The notes below the pieces were generated by a model. That model had not been told where the DNA came from and did no database searches. It saw nothing but the letters and a program-made list of their open reading frames with translations. The translations under genes and the position numbers were made by a program. Shown in pieces: positions 1 to 8,995 of a stretch of DNA of 44,120 bases (positions within the stretch are counted from its first letter, which is position 1; each line of letters starts with the position of its first letter). Source of the DNA: a virus (Duplodnaviria; Caudoviricetes); the IMG/VR virus record IMGVR_UViG_3300025732_000079, positions 1 to 44,120 of that record; one strand, given 5' to 3'.

Positions 1-2
1 CC

Positions 3-146
3 TCGACCTACTGGCGTTGCGTCCTTGTGCCCAACGACCCGCAGGCATCCACGGTATTAAATGAGGCTTACTACCTCAACATCGCCAACTACGCTTGGAG
101 CCAACCATCTCCGCAGCCGTATGACCCCAATCCCCCGACCCCCTGA
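3..146 (+). CDS. 3' end of a hypothetical protein (truncated by window start), tail-associated cluster
   Basis: Open frame STYWRCVLVPNDPQ...PPTP ending at TGA 144-146, directly before the AAGGAG RBS of the next gene. Confidence 0.65.
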   Translation, partial: STYWRCVLVPNDPQASTVLNEAYYLNIANYAWSQPSPQPYDPNPPTP

Positions 147-158
147 TAAGGAGCAGAC

Positions 159-476
159 ATGACTACTTTTACGACCACCATCAACGCGATGTACACCCTG
201 CAACAGCCTGACCCCAACTATGTGGTCAATGTGCTGTGGACTGTGACCGGCGTGGACGGCGCAAACACCGCTGAAATCGGCGGCAACACGCAGTTCGACT
301 CAAGCCAAGCACCTGAGAACTTCATCCCCTATCAAAACCTGACTCCGCAGATCGTGACCGGGTGGATTCCTCCCGAGCAGATTGCAAGCGCACAGGCGTG
401 CGTGCAGGGCCAGATTGACTCCATGATCACCCCGCCCGTGTCGCCGCAGAACACGCCGCTGCCTTGGAGTGCATAA
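159..476 (+). CDS. Hypothetical phage protein, probably tail-fibre associated
   Basis: AAGGAG RBS; 105 aa ending in PLPW, a type often seen next to tail fibres. Confidence 0.8.
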   Translation: MTTFTTTINAMYTLQQPDPNYVVNVLWTVTGVDGANTAEIGGNTQFDSSQAPENFIPYQNLTPQIVTGWIPPEQIASAQACVQGQIDSMITPPVSPQNTPLPWSA

Positions 477-522
477 AGGGCAAGCCGTCAGCCCCCGATG
501 ACGGCAACTGAAGGAGATCAAG

Positions 523-756
523 ATGGGCAATAACAAAGAACCCCAACTTGTGAACATTGATGGTACTGAGTATGACTTTGCGGATCTCACGGATCAGCAG
601 AAGGTCATGTTTGAGCACTGCATTGATCTAGACCGCAAGATCGCCTCTTGCCGGTTCCAACTGGATCAACTGAGCGTGGGCAAGGATGCGTTCTTGAACA
701 TTCTCAAGCAGTCTTTGGCCTCTACCCCGGCAGAAGCCGAGGAAAAAGCCGCTTAA
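523..756 (+). CDS. Hypothetical small coiled-coil phage protein
   Basis: AAGGAG RBS; IDGTEY..DLTDQQK followed by a heptad pattern. Confidence 0.8.
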   Translation: MGNNKEPQLVNIDGTEYDFADLTDQQKVMFEHCIDLDRKIASCRFQLDQLSVGKDAFLNILKQSLASTPAEAEEKAA

Positions 757-772
757 CCTCAAGGAGAGCCCC

Positions 773-946
773 ATGGCAAAGCAATGGATCGCAAAGGCTA
801 TTTCTAAGCCCGGGGCTCTCCGCGAAGCCCTAGGGGTTAAGGAAGGAAAGAAGATTCCCGCCAAGAAATTGGCCGTGAAGGAATCTGACTCTCCATTGAT
901 GAAGAAGCGCAAGACGCTTGCGAAGACTTTGAGGGGCTTTGACTGA
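773..946 (+). CDS. Small very basic protein (57 aa, MAKQWIAKAISKPGALREALG...RGFD)
   Basis: Below the ORF-track cutoff; AAGGAG RBS, ATG 773, TGA 944-946, fills the gap exactly. Confidence 0.8.
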   Translation: MAKQWIAKAISKPGALREALGVKEGKKIPAKKLAVKESDSPLMKKRKTLAKTLRGFD

Positions 947-948
947 TC

Positions 949-1146
949 ATGGAAGAGACGGTAGAGACAAGACTGGCAGTACATGAGGCCGTCTGTTCCC
1001 AAAGATATGGCGCTATCGAAAAGCGTCTAGAAGATGGCAGCAAGCGTATGCGCAACATTGAAATCTTGCTGTACATCACGCTAGGTGCTGTCCTTCTTGG
1101 CCCCGGCGCTATGGCAGAGGTGGTCAAAAAACTACTGGGAATATGA
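949..1146 (+). CDS. Small single-TM protein (possible holin/lysis accessory)
   Basis: HEAVCSQRY coiled segment plus C-terminal hydrophobic helix; upstream of lysozyme. Confidence 0.75.
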   Translation: MEETVETRLAVHEAVCSQRYGAIEKRLEDGSKRMRNIEILLYITLGAVLLGPGAMAEVVKKLLGI

Positions 1147-1147
1147 C

Positions 1148-1417
1148 ATGGCTTGGTCAGATGTTCTGAAGGCGATCATCCCCATCGTGGTGGCTGCAAT
1201 TGCGTGGCTGCTTGGGCAAGTTGCATCTTTCTCAGACCGTCTGACCCGCATCGAAGGCCAGATGCCTGCCCTGATCACTAAGGAAGGCATCCCCACGGAT
1301 AGCCCTATCAGCGCCGAGCGCCGCGCCCTACAGAAAGAACAGTTGATGGCGCACATCAACGAACTTCAAGTCAAGGTTAGGCTCCTTGAGGAGCGTGAAC
1401 GCATGAAGGCGAAGTAA
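1148..1417 (+). CDS. Membrane-anchored coiled-coil protein
   Basis: ATG 1 nt after previous stop; N-terminal TM (IIPIVVAAIAWLLG), C-terminal coiled coil. Confidence 0.75.
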   Translation: MAWSDVLKAIIPIVVAAIAWLLGQVASFSDRLTRIEGQMPALITKEGIPTDSPISAERRALQKEQLMAHINELQVKVRLLEERERMKAK

Positions 1418-1422
1418 GGTGT

Positions 1423-1917
1423 ATGGAGCCGATCTCTGCGATCCTGGCCGCTGCTTCGGCGGCCAATACTGCTTTCACGGTCATCAAGAAGATGGTGGCT
1501 ACGGGCAAGGAGATCGAACAGGTCGCCGGGCAGATTGGCAAGTGGTACTCAGCATTCGGGACATTCAACAGCCTAGCGGCTGAGAAAGCAAACAAGAAAC
1601 CGCCGCTATTTAAACGCTTGCTTAATGAAGGCTCCGTTGAACAAGAAGCCTTGCAGATCACCATGCACAAGCAAGCCTTGCATAAGCAGGAGTACGAACT
1701 GAAGATCCTGATCGTGGCGCACTACGGTGAGCGGGTGTACAACGAGATGATCATGGAGCGCGTCCGGGTCAAGAAGGAGCGCGATAAGCGGGCGCGGGAG
1801 CAGAAACTCCGGCAGCAGGAGTTCTTCTTGACGGTGAAGTACGGTGCGGCGATTGCTTTCTTGGCGGTCGCCGTTATCGCTTTGTTCTATTACCTCAAAG
1901 ACTTGGTGAGGCAGTGA
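1423..1917 (+). CDS. Hypothetical membrane protein
   Basis: 164 aa, C-terminal TM; coupled to next gene. Confidence 0.75.
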   Translation: MEPISAILAAASAANTAFTVIKKMVATGKEIEQVAGQIGKWYSAFGTFNSLAAEKANKKPPLFKRLLNEGSVEQEALQITMHKQALHKQEYELKILIVAHYGERVYNEMIMERVRVKKERDKRAREQKLRQQEFFLTVKYGAAIAFLAVAVIALFYYLKDLVRQ

Positions 1918-2399
1918 TGTTTGAAATGCTTGGCGGGGGACTTCTTGGTTCAGTCTTTGGGGGGCTGTTCCGGCTGGCGCCTGAAGTTTTGAAGTTTTTG
2001 GACAAGGGAAACGAGCGCAAGCACGAACTGGCGATGTTCACGCTCCAGACCGATCTGGAGAAACTGCGCGGCCAGTTCAAGATGGAAGAGAAGTATGTGG
2101 ACTACTCAGTCCAACAACTAGACACCATCAAAGAAGCATTTAAGGAGCAGTCAGCCACGGCCAAGGAGGCCGGCTGGTTTGTCTCGGCGGTGTCTGCTCT
2201 GGTTCGACCTGGCATCACCTGGGCGCTGTTCTTCATGTACGCAGCCGTCAAAGCAGCGGCGATGGTGATGGCCTTTCAGACTGGCGGCAGTTGGGTGGAA
2301 GTGCTCTTAAAGGTTTGGGGCGCTGACGACTTCGCCATGCTCAACATGTGCTTGACCTTCTGGTTTGTTGGCCGCAGCATTGAGAAGTACCAGAAGTAA
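1914..2399 (+). CDS. Holin-like protein (3TM type)
   Basis: Hydrophobic segments, VRPGITW and FWFVGRSIEK motifs; overlaps lysozyme start. Confidence 0.7.
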   Translation: MMFEMLGGGLLGSVFGGLFRLAPEVLKFLDKGNERKHELAMFTLQTDLEKLRGQFKMEEKYVDYSVQQLDTIKEAFKEQSATAKEAGWFVSAVSALVRPGITWALFFMYAAVKAAAMVMAFQTGGSWVEVLLKVWGADDFAMLNMCLTFWFVGRSIEKYQK

Positions 2400-2863
2400 T
2401 GGAAGATGCCATCAAACTTTGCGCGGATGTCCTGGTCAAGCCCTTTGAGGGCTATGCCAGGCGTTTGCCAAATGGTGATTGCACCGCTTATCCTGATCCT
2501 GGTACTGGTGGTGATCCTTGGACTATTGGTTGGGGCTGTACTGGAAGAGACATATCTCAAGGTACGGTATGGACGGTGGAAAGGGCGCAGGCTGCCCTTG
2601 AAGCGCACTTGAGGGAATTTGCCTTGCGGCTCCTCCAAATGTCTCCAAGGCTGCATTCAGAGCCTCCCAGGCGCATTGCGGCCATTCTTTCCTGGGTCTA
2701 CAACTGCGGACTTGGGAACTACCGGATCAGCACCTTCAAAAAGCGTGTAGACGCCGGGGATTGGGTCGGGGCCAAGGAAGAGTGCGTGAAGTGGAACAAG
2801 GCCGCAGGTAGGGTTTTACCTGGGTTGACCAGGCGAAGAGTTGCCGAAGCAGCACTGCTGTAG
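2399..2863 (+). CDS. Endolysin, GH24 phage lysozyme
   Basis: FEG...AYPD...WTIGWG catalytic motif and KWNKAAGRVLPGLTRRR C-terminus. Confidence 0.92.
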   Translation: MEDAIKLCADVLVKPFEGYARRLPNGDCTAYPDPGTGGDPWTIGWGCTGRDISQGTVWTVERAQAALEAHLREFALRLLQMSPRLHSEPPRRIAAILSWVYNCGLGNYRISTFKKRVDAGDWVGAKEECVKWNKAAGRVLPGLTRRRVAEAALL

Positions 2864-2865
2864 CG

Positions 2866-2894
2866 TTGCCAAATAACGGGGCCAAATTTACAAT
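2866..2894 (+). promoter_or_regulatory. Putative sigma70 promoter for tail genes
   Basis: TTGCCA-17 nt-TACAAT in the intergenic gap. Confidence 0.55.
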
Positions 2895-2924
2895 GACAAG
2901 CACACAAGAAAGGGGTAAGGGTCT

Positions 2925-3560
2925 ATGACGGCGGCAGCAGTGATGACCTATGACTCGCTGACAGAAAACATTTCGTCCTACTTAGAGCGGACGGATACTG
3001 CCACGCTTGAGAAAATTCCCCTGTTTATCATGCTGGCAGAACAGGTTATCGCCAGCGAAATCAAGTTTCTGGGCAACCTGACGGTCAACACGGCCTTCAT
3101 GGTAGCGGGCACTAACATCATCCCCAAGCCTGCTCGGTGGCACAAAACGGTGTCGATGAATGTCTTGGTGGATGGCCAGAAGCAGCCGGTGCTGCTTCGT
3201 AAGTACGAATACTTACGCGAATACTGGCCAGACGCCACGCAGACGGATGTCCCCAAGTTCTACGCCGATTACGACTACACGCATTGGCTGATTGCCCCGA
3301 CGCCTGATGCGGCGTATTCGTTTGAGGTGCTGTACTACCAGCGGCTCCAGCCCTTGGACTCGACGAACCAAACGAACTGGATGACCGAGTACGCTCCCCA
3401 GGCTCTGCTTTATGGGAGCCTGTTGCAGGCCATGCCGTTCCTCAAAAACGACGACCGCATACCCATGTGGCAGGCGCAGTACAGCGCCATCATGCAGACC
3501 CTCAAGGCTGAAGACCAGCAGCGCCTGGCCGATCGTCAAGCAATCGCGGTGGATACATGA
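2925..3560 (+). CDS. Head-tail adaptor / tail tubular protein A-like
   Basis: Size, PTPD..Y and ALLYGSL motifs, position ahead of tail genes. Confidence 0.7.
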   Translation: MTAAAVMTYDSLTENISSYLERTDTATLEKIPLFIMLAEQVIASEIKFLGNLTVNTAFMVAGTNIIPKPARWHKTVSMNVLVDGQKQPVLLRKYEYLREYWPDATQTDVPKFYADYDYTHWLIAPTPDAAYSFEVLYYQRLQPLDSTNQTNWMTEYAPQALLYGSLLQAMPFLKNDDRIPMWQAQYSAIMQTLKAEDQQRLADRQAIAVDT

Positions 3561-4795
3561 CTACATACAACTCTCCGTTTACGGGCGATGTGATTCAGCC
3601 CACTGATGTCAGTTACTCGGCGTTCTCAATGAGCGCCGATGTCACACTGGCGTGGCCAATCAACGGCAACCAGAACGGCGACTTTGCGGCCCGGATCATG
3701 GATGTGACGCCCACCGTTGGTGGGCTTTCTCTTTACATGCCCCCCGCAAATCAGGTCAGTGTTGGCACGGATTCGCTGATCACCAACAGAGGCGGGCAGA
3801 CGCTTACGGTCAAAAACTACTCCGGCGGCGCAATCGTCTCAATTGATCCGGGCAAGTCTTTTTACATCTTTGTCACCAACAACAACACCGAGGGTGGCAC
3901 CTGGGGCAATCTGGCGTTTGGTGTTGGAACATCTTCGCCGGATGCTGCTGCGCTTGCAGGCAAGGGTCTTCTGGCCATCGGCAGCACGCTTAACCAAAGC
4001 CATCCGGTTTCGGGCATCGCAAACGGGTACACATTCCAAGACATCGACCGCGCTCAGACCCTTGCTTGGGTTGGCGGGGCTGGAACTGGAACGCTGCCCG
4101 CTTCTGGCAGTTTGGGCAACAACTGGTTCGTGCTTTTCAAAAATGGCGGGACTGGGACATTTGCGATATCTACGACCGGCCTGAATACGATTGATGGCTC
4201 TTCGACCAAGAACTTCCAGCCCGGCGAGTCTGCAATCATTGTTTGCGATGGGTCGAACTTTTTAACGATTGGCTACGGGCAGAGTGCGAACTTTGCGTTC
4301 AATCTGTTGGCCAAGCCGGTTGTAAGCGGGACATACAACATCACGCCATCAGAAGCGTCAAATGTCATCCAAGAATTCGTTGGTGTGTTGTCTGGGAATG
4401 TGACGGTTGTTTACCCCCCGGTGGTGAACCTGTACATCCTGAGCAATCAAACAACGGCTGGCGCGTACACGCTTACGGTAACCACCGGTATTGTTGGTGG
4501 CGCAACAGCCATCATTCCCGCTGGTGGCCAGGCAACTGTGTTCTGTGACGGGACGAATTTCTTCAACGCTAATACCGTCCAGGCGGGTGCTACGCAAATT
4601 GGCATTGTTGACGGCACCGTTTCCAACCCCTCAATTTACTTTTCCAACGAGTCCACGACTGGCATCTACCGCCCAGGCGGTGGCCAGTGGGGGCTGTCAA
4701 TTCTTGGGACGAATGTGGTAACAGTAAACGCTACCGGCATGACGGTTGCGGGTTCAGGAACCTTTACAACCGGCGTGTCGGGCGGAGCATTCTGA
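3557..4795 (+). CDS. Virion structural / tail protein
   Basis: Gly/Thr/Asn-rich beta-type sequence, coupled to the adaptor gene. Confidence 0.7.
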   Translation: MTTYNSPFTGDVIQPTDVSYSAFSMSADVTLAWPINGNQNGDFAARIMDVTPTVGGLSLYMPPANQVSVGTDSLITNRGGQTLTVKNYSGGAIVSIDPGKSFYIFVTNNNTEGGTWGNLAFGVGTSSPDAAALAGKGLLAIGSTLNQSHPVSGIANGYTFQDIDRAQTLAWVGGAGTGTLPASGSLGNNWFVLFKNGGTGTFAISTTGLNTIDGSSTKNFQPGESAIIVCDGSNFLTIGYGQSANFAFNLLAKPVVSGTYNITPSEASNVIQEFVGVLSGNVTVVYPPVVNLYILSNQTTAGAYTLTVTTGIVGGATAIIPAGGQATVFCDGTNFFNANTVQAGATQIGIVDGTVSNPSIYFSNESTTGIYRPGGGQWGLSILGTNVVTVNATGMTVAGSGTFTTGVSGGAF

Positions 4796-4796
4796 G

Positions 4797-6809
4797 GTGA
4801 CAAAAAAAGTCTTCTCACTTGACACGCTGCCTGGTGTGCAGCGCGATGGCACATTCCTCGACAAGAACTACTACACAGACGGAAGGTGGGTCAGGTTCCA
4901 GCGTGGACGCCCACGGAAGGTCGGCGGTTATCGGGAAATCACCGGGAACCTAGCGGGGCCCTCTCGCGGCATCTTTGTCAACCCGCAGAACAACTTCAAC
5001 AATGTGTTCAGTGGGTACTCTGACGGTCTCCAGAAACTGCCGATTGACAACAACGGGGTTGGCGCTGGCATCGTCGATATGACCTTCACCAGCGGGTTCA
5101 CGCCTAACGCGAACAACCTCTGGCAGTTTGACGGCTTCACCGACACGACCGGCTCTGGAAACAATCTTCTTCTAGCGCACCCCGGCCAAAACCTGAGCGA
5201 CATCAACAACAGCGCCAATACGCCTGTTTTGGGTGGCCTGATTAACGGCACATCGATGGGCAAGATTGGCGTGTTTACGCTCAATGTCACCACGACAACG
5301 GGCCTGGCCACATTCACAGTTCCCACCACTGAACCCGTGGGCGCAGGACAAACCATCACGAGCACGGCGTTCCCCCCGGGAACGACAGTCGTCTCCAATG
5401 TCAGCGGGACGGTTACGGTAGATCAAAACGCCACCTCCACCGGGGCTGTGGATGTCGCCTTTGACAACAATGTGGATGTCTCTGGTGGGGTGGTCTCGCT
5501 GCACCCATATGTGTTTGTGTACGGCAACGACGGGTTGATCCGCAACTGCGCGGCCGGCAATGTGAACGATTGGGTTTCTGCTGACGCTAACGAGGTCAAT
5601 GTGGCCACGGACAAGATCGTCCAAGGCCTGGCGGTTCGAGGCGGCTCTAACGCGCCTTCTGGCCTTTTTTGGTCGCTTGATTCGCTGATCCGGGTTTCTT
5701 ACAACCCAACAACGATCACTGTCGGCGGGGCTCCGAGAACGCTGTTCTGGAGGTACGACATCATCACAACGCAGTCCTCGATTCTGTCGAGCCAGTGTGT
5801 GATTGAGTACGACGGCGTTTATTACTGGATTGGTGTTGACCGGTTCCTTCTCTACAACGGCGTGGTGAAGGAGATCCCGAACAACATGAACCAGAACTAC
5901 TTTTTCGACAACCTCAACTACAACCAGCGCCAAAAAATATGGGCGACTAAGGTTCCAAGGTTTGGTGAGGTTTGGTGGTTCTACCCCCGGGGGGACTCGA
6001 CCGAATGCAACGACGCAATCGTCTACAACATTCGAGAGAACTGCTGGTATGACGCCGGAGAGGCTCTAGGCGCCCGCAGGTCTGCTGGGTACTTCTCTCA
6101 GGTCTTCCATTACCCAATCGCGGCGAGTTGGGAATCCAACGCCACTGGCGGGGCTAACCTGTTTACCCTGACGCCTGGCAGTGGGTATACCAACGGAACC
6201 TACACGCTTCAAGCCTTGACCGGAGGAACGGGAACCGGGGCCAAGGCCACGATCGTGGTTGCCGGTGGCGTGGTGACTTCTGTGACGATCACGGTTCGCG
6301 GGACAGGGTATTCCGTCGGCGATCAACTGACGGCCGCTATCCCGGCCGGGGCAAACTTCAAGATCACGCTGACTAAGGTGATGACTTTTGTCTCTTTGTA
6401 TCAGCACGAGATCGGAACAGACGCAATTAAGGGGCAGTCGGCGGAGGCTATTGAGTCCTACTTTGAGACCAATGACATCGGCTGGATCAACGGCGGCCCG
6501 ACCGCAAGCCCCGGCAATACTCCTCCCCAGGGCGGCGTTGGGGACAATGTTTGGTTCCACATCGAGCGCGTGGAGCCGGACTTCTTGCAAAGCGGGACGA
6601 TGACCCTTGAGGTCATTGGAAGGCCCTACGCGCAGGCCGATGACAAGGTGTCGCAGCCCTATGAGTTTGAGCCGGACACGCACAAGATCGACATGCGCGA
6701 ACAACGCCGTGAGTGCCGTCTGAGGTTTACCTCAAATGTGGCTGGTGGCGACTATCAGTTGGGCAAAGTGCTTGTAAACGCCAATGTGGGCGATGTGAGA
6801 GGCTACTAA
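4797..6809 (+). CDS. Tail nozzle / tubular protein B-like (head stabilisation)
   Basis: GTG start after previous stop; PGVQRDGT..Y.DGRWVRF N-terminus, EVWWFYP, VEPDF; ~670 aa. Confidence 0.7.
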   Translation: MTKKVFSLDTLPGVQRDGTFLDKNYYTDGRWVRFQRGRPRKVGGYREITGNLAGPSRGIFVNPQNNFNNVFSGYSDGLQKLPIDNNGVGAGIVDMTFTSGFTPNANNLWQFDGFTDTTGSGNNLLLAHPGQNLSDINNSANTPVLGGLINGTSMGKIGVFTLNVTTTTGLATFTVPTTEPVGAGQTITSTAFPPGTTVVSNVSGTVTVDQNATSTGAVDVAFDNNVDVSGGVVSLHPYVFVYGNDGLIRNCAAGNVNDWVSADANEVNVATDKIVQGLAVRGGSNAPSGLFWSLDSLIRVSYNPTTITVGGAPRTLFWRYDIITTQSSILSSQCVIEYDGVYYWIGVDRFLLYNGVVKEIPNNMNQNYFFDNLNYNQRQKIWATKVPRFGEVWWFYPRGDSTECNDAIVYNIRENCWYDAGEALGARRSAGYFSQVFHYPIAASWESNATGGANLFTLTPGSGYTNGTYTLQALTGGTGTGAKATIVVAGGVVTSVTITVRGTGYSVGDQLTAAIPAGANFKITLTKVMTFVSLYQHEIGTDAIKGQSAEAIESYFETNDIGWINGGPTASPGNTPPQGGVGDNVWFHIERVEPDFLQSGTMTLEVIGRPYAQADDKVSQPYEFEPDTHKIDMREQRRECRLRFTSNVAGGDYQLGKVLVNANVGDVRGY

Positions 6810-7054
6810 TGCTTGGCGTTGTCTACGATCCCCGGTATCACACCTTTATGTCCTGGGCCTCCCTTATGTGCGAGGCATATGCTGGCCAGAACTTGGAAAT
6901 TCCGCAGTCCGAAGATGACTGGAAGGGCTGGGCCGTGGGCATTAAGGCTATCGATATCTTTGCCAACGAGGCCATTCCGGGGCCGTACATCTACGAAAAC
7001 TGGCAGGACTGGGCGCAGGCCGTGGTCGGCGCAGTTAATCAAAGAACGACATGA
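6809..7054 (+). CDS. Hypothetical Trp-rich small protein
   Basis: TAATG coupling to upstream gene; WKGWA...WQDWA. Confidence 0.75.
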   Translation: MLGVVYDPRYHTFMSWASLMCEAYAGQNLEIPQSEDDWKGWAVGIKAIDIFANEAIPGPYIYENWQDWAQAVVGAVNQRTT

Positions 7055-7126
7055 CCAAATTTGGCCCTAAATCAACCATGCAGTCCGTACAATTGTGCGG
7101 GCTTCATGGCACTTCGAGAGTAAGCA

Positions 7127-8992
7127 ATGAGGTTTGATCAGGATTACTCCGAGCAGGAATTTGAGCCCCCGGTAGAGGAGCAGATTCAGCAGCCCGTGCC
7201 GATTGGCGGGGGCCTGTTTAGAACGCCCGACGGCCAAATCATTGACGCCAGCGGGCGCCCGGTTGCGGCGGCTGATGCGGCGGCCATCATCAACGCGACT
7301 CAAACCGCCCAAGAGCCGACTCGCGCCGAGCCCCCTCCGCCCCCTCCCCCGCCCCCTCCTCCTCCCCAGGTGGAACAAGCCCCCGAGCCTCGCGGGCTTG
7401 AGCCCTTTGCAGAGCCCAAGTTCGAGGAGCCTGTCTCCGTCGGCAGGGGGATTTATCGGGTGTCTGGCGGGGAACTGATCGACACCGATGGTTACCCCGT
7501 TTCCGATACTGACTCGCGGCTGTTCCAACCCGCGCCTGCCCCCGCTCCTGAGCCCGCGCCAGCGCCCGCTCCCACCTATAGCCAGGCAGATGTGACGGCT
7601 ACGGTGGGGCGGTATCTTGATCGCGGGTACTCACCGGAAAACTTGCGGGACTTTGCGGTGTCCCAGGGCATTGAGCCGGATCAATTTGAAACCGCCGTCT
7701 CTGCGTACACGCCCGCTCCTGCTCCCGCCCCAACGCCTTCCCCGGCACCTGCTCCGACTCCGGCGCCGACTCCTGCTCCGGCATCGGCAGCAAAAGCACC
7801 CGACGCCAACGATCCGCGCAATTTGTTGAAGGGCATACTTGCATCAGACCCGAATGCTGCCGCCAGCATTGCGCAGACCGGCGGCCTGGTTGATTATGGT
7901 GAGTCAAGCCGTTACGAAGACCCGGGCACTCAGTTTGGGGATTACACCGTCCGCGCGATCAAGCCAACTGATGACGGGTTTGGAAATGTCACCGAGGGTG
8001 GCTACACCGCGACAAAGAACGAACGCGCCAAGAACGGCAATTTCCTGCAAACGGATGTTAGTTATGACTCAGGCGGGAATGTCACCGGCTCAACTTTGAG
8101 GGTGTACACGGGGCCCGATCGTGGCGTCATTTACTATTACGACGCTAATGGCCAAAAAACTGGCGAAAGTTCTTTTGCTCCCGGGTTTCTTGACAAGGCG
8201 TTCCCGGCGCTTGCCCAGGCTGCTTTGACCGCTATGGGCGTGCCCGCTGCATTTTCTAGTGCGCTTGTGGCAAGACAGCAGGGCGCAGACCTTGAGGGAA
8301 TGCTCAAGGCTGGGTTGACTGCTTATGCGGGCTCTGAACTTGCCCCCAGTATTAAATCAGTCGGAAATGCGGCCGCAAGCAATGTCACGACAATGTTGGC
8401 TAACTCTGGGCTGCCGGATGCGCTGGTGGACTATGCTGGGACTGCGGCCAAGGGCGCCGTTACTGGCTTGGCAAAGGCGGGACTCGGTGCTTTGAAAACC
8501 GGGAATATTGACCTTGGAACTGCCATTCTTGGCGGCGCTGCCGGGGGAGTTGGCGGTCAGTTAGCCGGAGACCTCACGAGCAACCTTTCACTTGGCGACT
8601 CAACGGTTCTAAATAATGCAGCCGCTGCGGCGGCCCGCGCCGCCATCACCGGCAAAGATGTATCAACCGCTGTTGCAACCTCTTTGGCAAATAGCGTGGC
8701 GGGCTCTGTCGTCCCGCCATCTGCGCTTGGCGCGGTCTCGGCGGTGATTAGTAAAACGCTGCCCCCGGCGGTGAAAAAAGCCGTGACCAAGGGCGGCCTG
8801 TCTACAGCGAGCAAGACAATTAACGCCACCAACATTGCGGCCACAAAAACCACCAAACCGCCGATCAAAGTTGATGTGAAAACTCTTCGACCCGTAGCGC
8901 CACCAGTTCCGCGCCGGGTGGATGTATCTAAACTCAAGCCCATCAAAACGCTCCCGCCGAGCGTCTTATCCAAAATTAGGAAGCCGGGGTAA
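7127..8992 (+). CDS. Pro/Ala-rich candidate internal virion protein
   Basis: 621-aa ORF with polyproline, (PA)n, YDxxG hairpins and Gly/Ala-rich helices; lies in the ejection-protein position. Confidence 0.75.
   Translation: MRFDQDYSEQEFEPPVEEQIQQPVPIGGGLFRTPDGQIIDASGRPVAAADAAAIINATQTAQEPTRAEPPPPPPPPPPPPQVEQAPEPRGLEPFAEPKFEEPVSVGRGIYRVSGGELIDTDGYPVSDTDSRLFQPAPAPAPEPAPAPAPTYSQADVTATVGRYLDRGYSPENLRDFAVSQGIEPDQFETAVSAYTPAPAPAPTPSPAPAPTPAPTPAPASAAKAPDANDPRNLLKGILASDPNAAASIAQTGGLVDYGESSRYEDPGTQFGDYTVRAIKPTDDGFGNVTEGGYTATKNERAKNGNFLQTDVSYDSGGNVTGSTLRVYTGPDRGVIYYYDANGQKTGESSFAPGFLDKAFPALAQAALTAMGVPAAFSSALVARQQGADLEGMLKAGLTAYAGSELAPSIKSVGNAAASNVTTMLANSGLPDALVDYAGTAAKGAVTGLAKAGLGALKTGNIDLGTAILGGAAGGVGGQLAGDLTSNLSLGDSTVLNNAAAAAARAAITGKDVSTAVATSLANSVAGSVVPPSALGAVSAVISKTLPPAVKKAVTKGGLSTASKTINATNIAATKTTKPPIKVDVKTLRPVAPPVPRRVDVSKLKPIKTLPPSVLSKIRKPG
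7331..7783 (+). repeat. Coding low-complexity repeats: poly-Pro and (PA/PT)n
   Basis: 12-Pro run from 7331; PAPAPA tracts at ~7529-7575 and ~7709-7783. Confidence 0.85.
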
Positions 8993-8995
8993 ATC

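Noticed and set aside
7060-7095. Promoter before the internal-protein genes (TACAAT at 7088)
   Set aside because: No credible -35 or extended -10 at the right spacing
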